A DNA stretch of 64,000 bases from Alphaproteobacteria bacterium. GTDB taxonomy: Bacteria > Pseudomonadota > Alphaproteobacteria > JAAXGF01. Within the stretch, counting starts at the first letter, position 1; the number at the start of each line of letters is the position of its first letter. The notes beneath the pieces are model-generated. The model had not been told where the DNA came from. It saw only the letters and a list, made by a program, of their open reading frames with translations, and ran no database searches. The position numbers were made by a program, and so were the translations under genes. Positions 8,091 through 18,153 of this stretch are shown here, piece after piece. Where the stretch lies: the NCBI GenBank assembly GCA_963555825.3, contig CAUVXB020000002.1, positions 768,001-832,000 on the forward strand. The letters are read 5' to 3'.

Positions 8091-9317
8091 ATGTTTGGGT
8101 TCCTGAACCGCCTTCGCGGCCCCGAGACGCGCTCCGCCGAGATCGATCTGGGCGCGTTGTACGCCTCGTTCTTCCAGTCCGGCGGCGGGGCCTTCAGTTT
8201 TTCGCAATCGCCCGCGATCTTGGTTTCCAGCTTGGGCGTGCTGGACAACGCCGGGGCACTCTTGACCCAGAGTCGACGCCTGGGGCGGCAGAGCCCGCTG
8301 CTGATCGCCTACCGCGCCGTGATCGAGTCCGGAGTGCTGACCGGCGAGCCGGAGGCCCCGGAGTACGACGACGCCGTTCCCGAGGCCGTCGTCGAGGCCG
8401 TCGCCGACTTGTGGACCGACGCGCATGACCCCGACCGCGAGCGCGACCTACTCGACCGCCTGGTCGTGGACGGCGAATTCTTGGAGCTGGACGACGGGAC
8501 GATAGTTCCGCCCGATGGTTTCGAGCCGATCATGGCGGGGCCGAAGTGGAACCGCGAGGTAGTCGGATACAAGATCGGCACGGGCTCACGCGCTCGCGCG
8601 GCGGGCCTGCGGTATGTCGGAGATCGCCCCATGGGCGCGAGCCGCGCCTTGCCGTGGATCGCCCCGGCGCTCCCCCCGGCGGCTGGCCTTCTCAATGCCC
8701 GCACCGGCGCCGCGCACGCCCTCGGCACCATGGCAAAAATCGCCTCTGTCATCTCGAACGCGAGCCCCGACCGGATCACCGCGTCGGCTGGCGTGCGTTC
8801 GGGCCTCGTGGACCAAGCCGGGACGGCGGAAGCGGAGCGCCAGCCGATCCACTCGGCGAACGTCGGATCGGTCCCGTACCTGCGAATCGGCGAGGAAGTG
8901 AAGCGCATCCAGACCGGCCCGGACGAGACGGCCCGCAAGTACGAGGCGCAGCTTGAAAAGGACGTATCTGCCGCGTTGAACATGCCCTTGAGCGAATTGC
9001 TATCCGACTACTCTACGGGCTCCTTTTCGAATCTCCGCATGGCATGGCAGGACGCCGAGCGCGAAATCGCCCGCCGCCGCCGATGGTGGCACCGCCGCTA
9101 CCGCTTGCCCCTGTATCTCGAAATCCTTTCCGACGCCTTCGCGGCGGGCCGACTCCCGCGCATGAACATGCAGACGATGGCGCAGATCAAGAAACCCGCA
9201 TGGCGCGGGCCTAAGCGGCTTCCGCCGCAACCCGAGAAGGAAGCGCAATCCCTGGCGCTCCTCGCCCGCGAGGGCATCATCACCGCCGCTGACGCGCGGG
9301 ATCAACTGGAGACCTAG
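8091..9317 (+). CDS. Phage portal protein, lambda gpB-like
   Basis: SDYSTGSFSNLRMAW and WRGPKRLPPQPEKEAQ..GIIT resemble lambda-family portal motifs; first gene of the head cluster. Confidence 0.75.
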   Translation: MFGFLNRLRGPETRSAEIDLGALYASFFQSGGGAFSFSQSPAILVSSLGVLDNAGALLTQSRRLGRQSPLLIAYRAVIESGVLTGEPEAPEYDDAVPEAVVEAVADLWTDAHDPDRERDLLDRLVVDGEFLELDDGTIVPPDGFEPIMAGPKWNREVVGYKIGTGSRARAAGLRYVGDRPMGASRALPWIAPALPPAAGLLNARTGAAHALGTMAKIASVISNASPDRITASAGVRSGLVDQAGTAEAERQPIHSANVGSVPYLRIGEEVKRIQTGPDETARKYEAQLEKDVSAALNMPLSELLSDYSTGSFSNLRMAWQDAEREIARRRRWWHRRYRLPLYLEILSDAFAAGRLPRMNMQTMAQIKKPAWRGPKRLPPQPEKEAQSLALLAREGIITAADARDQLET

Positions 9318-9321
9318 ACCC

Positions 9322-10569
9322 ATGAATAAATCCGTACAACTCGCCATCCGGGCGTCGGAAATCCGTTCGGAGATCAATGGCCTGGAGCCGGGCGACGCCA
9401 CCCTTGCGAAGCGCCGCGAGCTTCTGGACAGCCTCAACACCGTGGAGAGCGAATACCGGGCGGCACTCACGAGCGAGGCCGAGGCCGAGGTGGGTGCTGC
9501 CGACGTTCACGGCCTCACCGGCGCCGAGCGCGAGTTCCGCGAGCTGACGACGAAGGCCGAGCTTCGAATGGCGTTCCGGGCCGTCATGAACGGCGACCCG
9601 CTGACTGGAGCCGAGAAGGAGTTGCAGGAACATCGAGGTCTGTCTGGCCACTCCGTCCCATGGGATATGATCGGCCCGCGCCCCGCGCCCCGGACTGAGG
9701 ATCGCGCGGACGCCGTATCTTCCGCGCCCGCCGACAGTCACCTGCAACAACATCCGATCCTAAGCCGCGTGTTCGCCCGGAGCGCGACCGCGACCTTGGG
9801 GGTTGCAATGCCGCAGGTTCCAAGCGGCGAGCAAAATTATCCGGTTGTCACGACCACCGACTCCGCCGTGATCCTGGTGAAGGACGCCGCCGAGGGCGAC
9901 GCCGCGGACGCCGGTATCACTGCTCACGTCATCGAGCCGAAGCGGCTACAGCGGTCCTATCTGTTCCGCCGCGAGGATCAAGCAGTCCTGGGCGGCCTGG
10001 AGGAAGCCTTGCGGGCCGACCTGTCCATGTCGGTTTCCGATCTGCTCGACGCGCAAGTCCTGGCGGGCGACGGCACCACCGGAGCGCAATTCGCCGGCTT
10101 CCTGGCGACCGCCGCGAATGGCGGCTTGACCGACCGGAGCGACAGCCCGGCCCGCGTCACGTTCGCCCTGGCGGCGGCTGAGGCGGCGCGGGGCATCGAC
10201 GGCAAGTATGCCGGCGGCCTCGGCGAGTGTGCCGTCGTCATCGGAGACGACACCGCCCGCGATCTTGCGAGCAAGTTCCAGACCAACGACTCCGATTCGG
10301 CCTTGGCGTACATGGGCCGCACCACCATGAAGACGATGGCGTCCGCAAACGTCCCCGCCGCGGCTTCGATGTTCCAAGAGGGCATCGTCGGCCGCATGGG
10401 TGCTGCTGGTGCAAACGCCGTTTGTCCGGTCTGGGATTCAATGTTCATGATCCGGGACGAAATCTCTGGTCGGAAGTCCGGACAGATCGGTCTCACCATC
10501 GGCATGTTGGCCGGGTTCGACATTCTGCGCGCCGGTGGCTTCGACCGCCTCAAGTTCAAGGTCGCATAA
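9322..10569 (+). CDS. Major capsid protein (HK97 fold, N-terminal helical scaffold region)
   Basis: Helical N-terminus; motif DLLDAQVLAGDGT..GFL; C-terminal FDILRAGGFDRLKF; 415 aa. Confidence 0.8.
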   Translation: MNKSVQLAIRASEIRSEINGLEPGDATLAKRRELLDSLNTVESEYRAALTSEAEAEVGAADVHGLTGAEREFRELTTKAELRMAFRAVMNGDPLTGAEKELQEHRGLSGHSVPWDMIGPRPAPRTEDRADAVSSAPADSHLQQHPILSRVFARSATATLGVAMPQVPSGEQNYPVVTTTDSAVILVKDAAEGDAADAGITAHVIEPKRLQRSYLFRREDQAVLGGLEEALRADLSMSVSDLLDAQVLAGDGTTGAQFAGFLATAANGGLTDRSDSPARVTFALAAAEAARGIDGKYAGGLGECAVVIGDDTARDLASKFQTNDSDSALAYMGRTTMKTMASANVPAAASMFQEGIVGRMGAAGANAVCPVWDSMFMIRDEISGRKSGQIGLTIGMLAGFDILRAGGFDRLKFKVA

Positions 10570-10571
10570 CC

Positions 10572-11075
10572 GTGGCCTTGGAGTACCGCTACGCGACCTT
10601 GGAAGTCCGCGCCGCCGATGGCGGGCTGATCGAGGGCATCGTCATGCCCTACACGCGCGAGGCGAATATCGCCGGAGCGTTCCGCGAGTCCGTGGACGCC
10701 GGAGCGTTCGGGCAGATCAACGACGTCATCCTCAACTTGATGCACGACCACCGCGAACCGCTGGCCCGGACGGAAGGCGGCGGCCTCACCCTGGAAGACG
10801 GGGCCGACCGCTTGTTCCTGCGCGCCGACATTCCCGAGTATCGAGGCGACGTGCGGGACCAAGTGAAGCGGCGAATCCTTAGAGGTTTCAGTGTCGAGAT
10901 GGAGGTGAAGGCCGAAGACTGGCCGACCCCGGACCGCCGCGTCATTCGGGCCGCGACCCTGTGGAATATCGGCCTTGTCGATCGACCGGCCTACAGCGAA
11001 GCGACCGCCGCGATCGCCAAGCGGGCGAAGGAAGCGTGTCGAGTGGTGCCGCGCTTGTGGCCCCTGACCGTATGA
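10572..11075 (+). CDS. HK97-family prohead protease
   Basis: FRESVDAGAF, MHDHREPLART, GFSVE and IGLVDRPAY; GTG start just after the capsid stop. Confidence 0.9.
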   Translation: MALEYRYATLEVRAADGGLIEGIVMPYTREANIAGAFRESVDAGAFGQINDVILNLMHDHREPLARTEGGGLTLEDGADRLFLRADIPEYRGDVRDQVKRRILRGFSVEMEVKAEDWPTPDRRVIRAATLWNIGLVDRPAYSEATAAIAKRAKEACRVVPRLWPLTV

Positions 11076-12892
11076 GCGCGAGCGCCCTCCGCCGCTGGTC
11101 TCTCCGCAATCTCGTGGTCGCGGACGGACCCCGCGCCGGGCGCCCGTTCCGCATCGCGTCGGCACCGTGGGGCGACGTGCTCGACGCCATGGACGATCCC
11201 GAGCTTGAACAAGTCACGATCCGGGGCAGCGTCCAGTCCGGCAAGACCGCCGCGCTGATCGCCGCTGCCCTGGGGCACATGGCCGCCGGTCGATCCGTGC
11301 TGATCTTCGAGCCCGACGACAAGCTGAAACGCGCCCTTGCAACCCGCATCCTCGCCTGGGGCCGCCTGTGCAAGGACGAAGCCATCCGGGAAGCCTACGA
11401 TCCGAAGCGGCCACCCTTCGCACGCTCTACGGACGCGGGCGGGCGCTGTGAAATCCTCTCCGCACGCGAGGGCGGGGCGGGCGTCATGCGGACGGCGGAG
11501 ATCGTCATCGTGGACGAACTTCGCTTGTTCCACATTGACCTGCTCGGCGACCTGATCGACCGCATGGCGGCCTACGGCGGCAAGGGCCGACTGATAACCG
11601 CGTCCAGCGCCGGATATCAAGACGAGTGCAAGACTACGCACGAGCTTGAGAAATCCGATTCCCGGCGCTGGTTTCTCCGCTGCCACCAGTGCGGCCAAGA
11701 GAACGTCGCGGACTGGAGGAACGTGAACTACAAGGCGCGACGGTATCCGTTCTACGTCATGCCGTGCTGCGGATCGACGCTTGAGGGCGTCCCTTTCCGC
11801 CGTGCCATGCAGGCGGGGCGCTGGAAGGCGACGAAGGACGAGATGGTCCCTGGCACGGCAGGGTTCCACCTGGACGCTTTCCTTTCGCCCTTCGAGTCCT
11901 TGCGAACCATCGTGCGCCAGTGGAAGCGGGCCGACGCGCACCGGAAGCAAACCGGCAGCATGGCCGAAACCATATCGTTCCAGACCGGGCGGCTGGCGCT
12001 GCCCTACAAGCCCGAGGCCGCGCAAGGCGTGACCCCGGAAGCCCTGCGCACGTCGTGCCGCGAAGATTACGACCCCTCCACCGTGCCGGCGGCGGCCGGC
12101 GTGCTGATCGGGGCCTGCGACGTGCAAGACGATCGCTTAGAGGCGGAAATCTCCGCCTGGGGCCTCGTGGAAGTAGCGCGCGACGACGCATCGCAACTGA
12201 AGGGATGGGGCAGTCACGAATTCCGGGGCCTCCAACACGGCGGGCGCTGGTATCGGCTTCGCCGTTGGGCGTTGGAATATCGCCGCTTCCATGGCGACCC
12301 GGGAACGCCAGAGTTGTGGGAACAACTGGCGGAGTTCATGGAGCGCCCGCGACCGCACGCCACCGGCCCGATGTTGCGCCCCGTCGCGGTCGGAATCGAC
12401 ACCGGCGGCCACTACGGCCCGCAAGTTGCCGATTTCTGCAAGGTGCGGGGCCGTGGATATCAGCCGCTAAAGGGACTTCCCCCACAGAGATACGGCGCGG
12501 TCCTGGCGCGCCGATCCGTGACCGCCGACAGTCTGGAAAGCTACGGCCCCGAGGGCCTGATGCTGGTATGCGGGAACGCTGGAAAGGCGTCATGCTTTAG
12601 CCTCATGCGGCAGTCAATCGCGGGCGTCGAGCCTAAGCCGATGGTCTGGCCGATGGACGAGTCCAAGTATGGGCCGGAGGAATTCGAGGGCATCGTTTCC
12701 GAAACCCTTATGCGGACCCTCGACAAGCGCACCGGCGCGACCCGCTTGATGTGGCGGAAGATCGCCCGCGCAAACGAACCGCTCGACGTGCTGGTCTACA
12801 GCCTCGCGCTTGTCTCTCACCTGGGCCTGGGTTTCATGCTCGCCGAGGCCGACGCCATCGCCAGCGCCGCCGGACGGAAGGAAGCCGCATGA
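11072..12892 (+). CDS. Terminase large subunit, lambda GpA family
   Basis: SVQSGKT, IVIVDE, RRWFLRCHQCG, DVQDDRLE, IDTGGH and NEPLDVLVY; ATGA-coupled to the protease. Confidence 0.9.
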   Translation: MSASALRRWSLRNLVVADGPRAGRPFRIASAPWGDVLDAMDDPELEQVTIRGSVQSGKTAALIAAALGHMAAGRSVLIFEPDDKLKRALATRILAWGRLCKDEAIREAYDPKRPPFARSTDAGGRCEILSAREGGAGVMRTAEIVIVDELRLFHIDLLGDLIDRMAAYGGKGRLITASSAGYQDECKTTHELEKSDSRRWFLRCHQCGQENVADWRNVNYKARRYPFYVMPCCGSTLEGVPFRRAMQAGRWKATKDEMVPGTAGFHLDAFLSPFESLRTIVRQWKRADAHRKQTGSMAETISFQTGRLALPYKPEAAQGVTPEALRTSCREDYDPSTVPAAAGVLIGACDVQDDRLEAEISAWGLVEVARDDASQLKGWGSHEFRGLQHGGRWYRLRRWALEYRRFHGDPGTPELWEQLAEFMERPRPHATGPMLRPVAVGIDTGGHYGPQVADFCKVRGRGYQPLKGLPPQRYGAVLARRSVTADSLESYGPEGLMLVCGNAGKASCFSLMRQSIAGVEPKPMVWPMDESKYGPEEFEGIVSETLMRTLDKRTGATRLMWRKIARANEPLDVLVYSLALVSHLGLGFMLAEADAIASAAGRKEAA

Positions 12893-13545
12893 GCCGCACA
12901 CCGACAGACGTGATCGAAGTCGAGTTCGGAGAGGACACCCGCTACTCACCGCCCACCGGCGCCGAACGCTGGAGCGCCTTTAGTCGGACCGACATCCTGT
13001 CCGCGCTGAATGATGAGCCCAGGGGAAACCCGCTTATCACGCACGGCGGCCACCCTCCGCAATGGGCGATCATCGGCGGCTGGAACGTCACCGCCGACGC
13101 CTTCATTCCACCACCCTCGACGGCGGGACAGCCCCGCGCGAACGTGACCGGCTTCGAGGACGCCGCCAGCGCGGCGGGCTTCGCCATCGAGTGGGACACC
13201 CTTGCGGCGGCCTCCGCGACCGGCCTCCGCGAGATGTTGCTGGTCCTTGCCTACGAGGGCGGCAAGGCGGTCAAGCGCACGATATTCAGAACGCCTGCGT
13301 CATCGGCAATCGACCCCACCGTGATCGCGGCGCAAGAACGGCTGTTGCTGCAATCCCTGCTCCGCACCCGCGACCAGCGGGCGGGCTCGGGCGGCATCAT
13401 CAAGCACGACCACGGCGAAGGCTCGGGCGAGGAATTCGAGAGCTTGGCCGTCCTGGATCGCCGGATCGCGGAGTGCCGCGCCCGGATCGCGTGGTTCGAG
13501 CAAGCGGCGGAGGGCAACGACCTGCCCCGCCTGGAGACGTGGTAG
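12889..13545 (+). CDS. Hypothetical protein with gpW-like (head completion) C-terminus
   Basis: ATGA-coupled to the terminase; EEFESLAVLDRRIAECRARIA resembles the gpW C-terminal helix. Confidence 0.55.
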   Translation: MSRTPTDVIEVEFGEDTRYSPPTGAERWSAFSRTDILSALNDEPRGNPLITHGGHPPQWAIIGGWNVTADAFIPPPSTAGQPRANVTGFEDAASAAGFAIEWDTLAAASATGLREMLLVLAYEGGKAVKRTIFRTPASSAIDPTVIAAQERLLLQSLLRTRDQRAGSGGIIKHDHGEGSGEEFESLAVLDRRIAECRARIAWFEQAAEGNDLPRLETW

Positions 13546-13566
13546 GCGGGGCAGTGCCGGGCGGGC

Positions 13567-13605
13567 GGTGACATCATGGTGACACGCTCCTATTCCCGTG
13601 TCACC
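13567..13605. repeat. Putative integrase arm-type sites, right copy
   Basis: GGTGACATCATGGTGACACG plus an inverted CGTGTCACC at 13597-13605. Confidence 0.75.
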
Positions 13606-13632
13606 GAATTCCATCTAAGTCATTGAAAACGT

Positions 13633-13709
13633 TGGTAGCGGAGGAGGGACTCGAACCCCCGACACGCGGATTATGATTCCGCTGCTCTAACCAGCTGAGC
13701 TACTCCGCC
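13633..13709 (-). tRNA. tRNA-Met (CAT), elongator type
   Basis: 77-nt cloverleaf GGCGGAG...CTCCGCT-ACCA; anticodon arm GCGGA-ATCATAA-TCCGC; encoded CCA. Confidence 0.95.
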
Positions 13710-13737
13710 CCGAACGGCGCCTGCGTTGGAAGGCTGC

Positions 13738-13766
13738 GGTATACGGGCCCGTGCGAGGGCTGTCAA
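13738..13766 (-). promoter_or_regulatory. Sigma70 promoter of tRNA-Met
   Basis: TTGACA-N17-TATACC on the minus strand. Confidence 0.8.
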
Positions 13767-13787
13767 GCAGCCCCAAGGGGGCCGCCG

Positions 13788-14909
13788 TCAGGCGGCAAGC
13801 CGAGCCTCGGGCCGCTCGATCCAGCCGCCGCCGAGCACGCGTGGCCCCTGGTAGACGACGCAGGCCTGGCCGGGCGCGATGGCGGCCTGCGGTGCGACCA
13901 AATCGACCGCGGCGCGGTCGCCGCCCAAGTCCCTGACGGTGGCCGCGACGGCGGCCTGGTTGGCGCGCAGCTTGACGTCGACGTCGAGGCCCTCGGCCGG
14001 CAAGGCGCCGGCGGCCAGCCAGTTGACGCCCGAGACCGTCAGCGTCTGGCCCATCAACGCATCGCGCGGGCCGACCACGACGCGCCGCTCGGCGGGCTCG
14101 AGGCGCAGGACGAACAGCGGCTCGTGCCACGAAACGCCCAGGCCGCGCCGCTGGCCGACGGTGAAATCGACGATGCCATCGTGGCGGCCGAGCACACGGC
14201 CGTCGATATGGACGATGTCGCCCGGCGCGCCGGCCTCGGGGCGCAGGCGCCGGATGACGTCGGCGTAGGAGCCGCGCGGCACGAAACAGATGTCCTGGCT
14301 GTCCGGCTTGTCGGCGACGGCGAGACCGAAGCGGGCGGCATGCGCGCGGGTCTCGGTCTTGGCCATGCCGCCAAGCGGAAAACGCAGCATCGCGAGCTGG
14401 TCGCGCGTCGTGGCGAACAGGAAATAGCTCTGGTCGCGGTCGGCGTCGATGGCGCGGTGCAGCTCGGGGCCGTGCGCGCCGATCTCGCGGCGCACGTAAT
14501 GGCCGGTCGCCAGCGCGTCGGCGCCGAGGTCGCGCGCGGTGCCCAGGAGATCGTGGAACTTGACCGTCTGGTTGCAGCGCACGCAGGGGATCGGCGTCTC
14601 GCCGCGCAGATAGCTGTCGGCGAAATCGTCGATCACCGCCGCCTTGAAGCGGCTCTCGTAGTCGAGCACGTAATGGGCGATGCCGAGCCGGTCGGCGACA
14701 CGGCGCGCGTCGTGGATGTCGCGGCCGGCGCAGCAGGCGCCCTTGCGGCCGGTCGCCGCGCCGTGGTCGTAGAGCTGCAGCGTCACGCCGACGACCTCGA
14801 AGCCGCCTTCCGCCATGAGCGCCGCGGTGACCGACGAATCGACGCCGCCCGACATCGCGACGACGACGCGGGTTTCGGCGGCCGGCTTATCGATGCCCAA
14901 TTCGTTCAT
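13788..14909 (-). CDS. mnmA: tRNA 2-thiouridylase MnmA
   Basis: [43 protein letters not shown] and PGQACV. Confidence 0.97.
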   Translation of the reverse strand: MNELGIDKPAAETRVVVAMSGGVDSSVTAALMAEGGFEVVGVTLQLYDHGAATGRKGACCAGRDIHDARRVADRLGIAHYVLDYESRFKAAVIDDFADSYLRGETPIPCVRCNQTVKFHDLLGTARDLGADALATGHYVRREIGAHGPELHRAIDADRDQSYFLFATTRDQLAMLRFPLGGMAKTETRAHAARFGLAVADKPDSQDICFVPRGSYADVIRRLRPEAGAPGDIVHIDGRVLGRHDGIVDFTVGQRRGLGVSWHEPLFVLRLEPAERRVVVGPRDALMGQTLTVSGVNWLAAGALPAEGLDVDVKLRANQAAVAATVRDLGGDRAAVDLVAPQAAIAPGQACVVYQGPRVLGGGWIERPEARLAA

Positions 14910-14984
14910 GGCGCGAGTCCGTTCATGGCGCGCAATATAGGCATTCGGGGCGGTCGCGCAACCGTGCGGGCGCCCTGAACCGTC

Positions 14985-16736
14985 TCATGCGGCGCCCTTC
15001 TTGGTGACGAAGTAGGGGTCCGTGCCGGCGGCATGGTCGGTCGCGTCGACGACAGCGACGATTTCGGGGACCTGCCGCTTGATCATCACCTCGACGCCCT
15101 GGCGCAACGTCACGTCGGCCATGGCGCAGCCCTGGCAGCCGCCCTCGAAACGGATGAAGGCGGTATCGTCCTTGACCTCGACCAGACTGACCAGGCCGCG
15201 GTGAGCGCTCACCGCCGGATTGACCTGCTCGTCGAGGATGCGCTGCACGCGGTCGGCCGGCGCGGCGCCGGGCTCGCCGATGCCGTCGAGCGACGGGTCG
15301 AAGCGGACGTCGGCGACCTCGGTCAGGTAGTGGCGAAACATGTCCGCGATGACGCCGGCGAGCGGGATCGACGCGCCGGGCGATCCGGCGATCCTGAGCG
15401 TGACGATCCCGTCGGCAAAGCCCCGCAAGATCAGGTCGCCGCCCCGGTCGGCGATCAGGGGTCGGACCCGCTCGGCGAGCAGCCATTCGATCCGCGCCGA
15501 CACGTCGGCGCCGTCCGCTGGCGCGGGGCGGGCCTCGGCGCTTGCGACCCGGGCCGGGTCGTCGGCAACCCGATGGTCCAGCGCCTGCTCCAGATCGGCG
15601 ATCAGGTCGTCGGGGTTCTCGAGGCCGACCGAAAGCCGCAGCAGGTCGACGGGCGCCGGCGTCGACGGCCCTTCGATGCTGGCGCGGTGCTCGATCAGGC
15701 TCTCGACGCCGCCGAGCGAGGTCGCGCGCTTGAACACTGCGACCCGCGCCGCCGTCGCCACCGCGGCAGCCTCGCCGCCCGCGACCCGGATCGACAGCAT
15801 GCCGCCGAAGCCACCGGTCATCTGACGCGCTGCGACCGCATGGCCCGGGTGACCGGGCAGCCCGGGGTAGAGAACTTCGGCGACGCGCGGATGTCCCTCG
15901 AGATGGCGCGCGACGGCGAGCGCGCTCTCGGAGCATCGCCCGACGCGGACGAACAAGGTGCGCATGCCGCGCAGCAACAGCCAGGCCTCGAAGGGGCCGA
16001 GCACGGCCCCCGCGTCACGCCGCCAGGCGCGGATCCGATGCCAGAACGAATCGCTGCGCGCGCAGACGATCGCGCCGGCGAGCACATCGCTATGGCCGTT
16101 CAGGTACTTGCTGGCGGAATGCACCACCAGGTCCGCGCCGAGCGCGAGCGGCCGCGTCAGCACCGGCGTCGCGACCGTGCTGTCGACCGCGACGCGCGCG
16201 TGGGCGGCGTGGGCGATGTCCGATACGCCCGCGATGTCGGTGACGTCCCAGGTCGGGTTCGCCGGCGTCTCGAGCCAGACCAAACGCGTCTTTCCGGGGC
16301 GCATCGCGGCGGCCACCGCGTCGATGTCGCAGGTGTCGACGAACTCGACCTCGAGGCCCCACGACACCGCGAAGTCGACAAGCCAGGTGCGCAACGCCCA
16401 GTACATGACGCGCGACACGACGACATGATCCCCCGGCAACAGCGATTGGAACACGGCGGTCGCCGCGGCCATGCCCGAGGCGAAAAGCAGGCAATCGTCG
16501 CCCGCCTCGAGGGCCGCGAGGAGCTCCTCGGGCTCGTCGTAGGTCGGATTGTGCGGCCGCGTATAGCCGCGACCCGAACTGTAACCGCCGTCGGCGTCGC
16601 GCTCATACGTCGTCGATGGGTGGATCGCCGGCACCAGCGCCCGTGTCACCGCGTCGACGCGGCCCAGGGCCTGGGCGGCGAGGGTCTCGGGGGAGAGCGT
16701 GCGTCCCTCTCTCTCGTTACTGTCGTGGTCACTCAT
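14985..16736 (-). CDS. Cystathionine gamma-synthase/lyase-family PLP enzyme fused to two NifU/NfuA-type domains
   Basis: ASGMAA, ETPANP, HSASKYLNGHSD, TSLGGVESL and LRLSVGLE, then VRPLIADRGGD and VNPAVSAHRG..GGCQGC..DATDHAAGTDPYF in one frame. Confidence 0.9.
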   Translation of the reverse strand: MSDHDSNEREGRTLSPETLAAQALGRVDAVTRALVPAIHPSTTYERDADGGYSSGRGYTRPHNPTYDEPEELLAALEAGDDCLLFASGMAAATAVFQSLLPGDHVVVSRVMYWALRTWLVDFAVSWGLEVEFVDTCDIDAVAAAMRPGKTRLVWLETPANPTWDVTDIAGVSDIAHAAHARVAVDSTVATPVLTRPLALGADLVVHSASKYLNGHSDVLAGAIVCARSDSFWHRIRAWRRDAGAVLGPFEAWLLLRGMRTLFVRVGRCSESALAVARHLEGHPRVAEVLYPGLPGHPGHAVAARQMTGGFGGMLSIRVAGGEAAAVATAARVAVFKRATSLGGVESLIEHRASIEGPSTPAPVDLLRLSVGLENPDDLIADLEQALDHRVADDPARVASAEARPAPADGADVSARIEWLLAERVRPLIADRGGDLILRGFADGIVTLRIAGSPGASIPLAGVIADMFRHYLTEVADVRFDPSLDGIGEPGAAPADRVQRILDEQVNPAVSAHRGLVSLVEVKDDTAFIRFEGGCQGCAMADVTLRQGVEVMIKRQVPEIVAVVDATDHAAGTDPYFVTKKGAA

Positions 16737-16924
16737 TGCCGGCGCTCTCCATGGAGCCTGGACTTTCCGTCGCGCTCGACCGGTCGCCCATCCGCGAGCC
16801 GAGCATCGCTAGAATAAACATAGGGCGTCTCGATATTTGCGGAATTTTTTACCGCGACGCGAGGCCCGCCCACGGTAGTCTTGCGCGATATGCCTCTTGA
16901 TCCTGTAGCCAAGGTGACTTGCCG

Positions 16925-17851
16925 ATGACCACGCCAGACCCCGACCTGTTCCGCCCGACCGCCGGCTTCCTCGGCGCGCCGTTCAGCCACGACCTCGGCG
17001 GCGCCAAGGCGGCGATCCTCGGCATGCCGTTCGACTGCGGCGCCGATCCCAGCCGCATCGGCTCGCGCTCGGGGCCGACCGCGATCCGCGAGCAGGCCAA
17101 GCGGCTCGGCCGCCCCTATCCGCCGTTCTCGATGGTCGACCCGGTCGCCGCTCTCGGCCTGGTCGACTGCGGCGACGCGCGCGTCACGCCGGGGCGCATC
17201 GACGAATCCTACGAGATCATGGAGGCCGCGGTCGGCTTCATCGCCGACCAGGGCGCCGTTCCCGTCACCATGGGCGGCGACGGCGCGGTGACGCTGCCTC
17301 AGCTCCGCGCGCTCGGCCGGCGCCACCCGGGCCTCGTGGTGCTCCATTTCGACGCCCACACCGACGCCTACCCGGTCGAGGGCCAGAACCGCTTCACCAA
17401 CGCCACCACCTTCACCTGCGCGGCCGAGGAGGACGTCATCGACGCCGCCTCGTCGTACCACATCGGCACGCGCGGGCCGTGCCGCTTCCCCGACATCGTC
17501 GAGCGGGCGCGAAAGCTCGGCTACCGGGTCGTCACCGCCGACGAGCTGTACGCCCAAAACATCGCCAACGTGATCGCCGCCGTGCGCGAGGCGATCGGCG
17601 ACCGGCCGGTCTATCTGTGCTGGGACATGGACTTCTTCGACCCGTCCTGCGCGCCCGGTGTGTGCGATCCGACCTGGGGCGGCGTCTCGGCGCGCGAGGG
17701 GCTGGGCATCCTGCAGAGCCTGGCCGGCATGAACATCGTCGCCTGCGACGTCAACACGGTGAGCCCGCCGCACGACGCCGCCGGCATGACAGCACTGCTC
17801 GCCGCAACGGTCATGCTGCTCTGCCTGCACCTGGTGTGTCTGCGGCCGTAG
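16925..17851 (+). CDS. Agmatinase/ureohydrolase family protein
   Basis: GSRSGP, GGDG, HFDAHTD, DMDFFDP and TVSPPHD. Confidence 0.9.
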   Translation: MTTPDPDLFRPTAGFLGAPFSHDLGGAKAAILGMPFDCGADPSRIGSRSGPTAIREQAKRLGRPYPPFSMVDPVAALGLVDCGDARVTPGRIDESYEIMEAAVGFIADQGAVPVTMGGDGAVTLPQLRALGRRHPGLVVLHFDAHTDAYPVEGQNRFTNATTFTCAAEEDVIDAASSYHIGTRGPCRFPDIVERARKLGYRVVTADELYAQNIANVIAAVREAIGDRPVYLCWDMDFFDPSCAPGVCDPTWGGVSAREGLGILQSLAGMNIVACDVNTVSPPHDAAGMTALLAATVMLLCLHLVCLRP

Positions 17852-17915
17852 CCCGGTATTATCCTTGGTATTCCCGCCTCGGCCGGGGCCCGCCGGGCGT
17901 CCTAGATCAATTCCC

Positions 17916-17944
17916 GGTCATCTTTACGCACGTCAAAGATGACC
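17916..17944. promoter_or_regulatory. Perfect 10-bp inverted repeat between convergent genes
   Basis: GGTCATCTTT-N9-AAAGATGACC; function unknown. Confidence 0.4.
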
Positions 17945-18153
17945 TGCGCTCATTCGCCGCGCAGGCCAATCTTATGGAATCAAGCCGATCTTATGGGATT
18001 AGGGTTGGCCGCCCCCACTGCCGCTAACGAACGAGACGCATGACGTTGCCGGTGTTGCGGCTCCACTACCATCGCCGGAAGCGCGCAAGCGAACCCACCG
18101 ACACAGCCTCCGAGCAGCCTGCACGAGCTCGGTGGTGTCGTAATCCATGAGCC

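Larger units (their letters stand above)
3750..13684. mobile_element. tRNA-Met-integrated phage satellite-like element (head genes present, no tail or lysis genes)
   Basis: Flanked by 51/52-bp att repeats; integrase, Xis/AlpA, primase-helicase, portal, capsid, protease, terminase and gpW-like genes all on the + strand. Confidence 0.9.

Noticed and set aside
9315-9324. Amber readthrough fusing portal to capsid
   Set aside because: The capsid ATG lies 4 nt after the TAG, so it is out of frame
15033-16817. Long antisense ORFs here and at 28206-30017, 34997-37180 and 60582-63011
   Set aside because: Expected stop-poor antisense frames of high-GC genes, with no domain motifs
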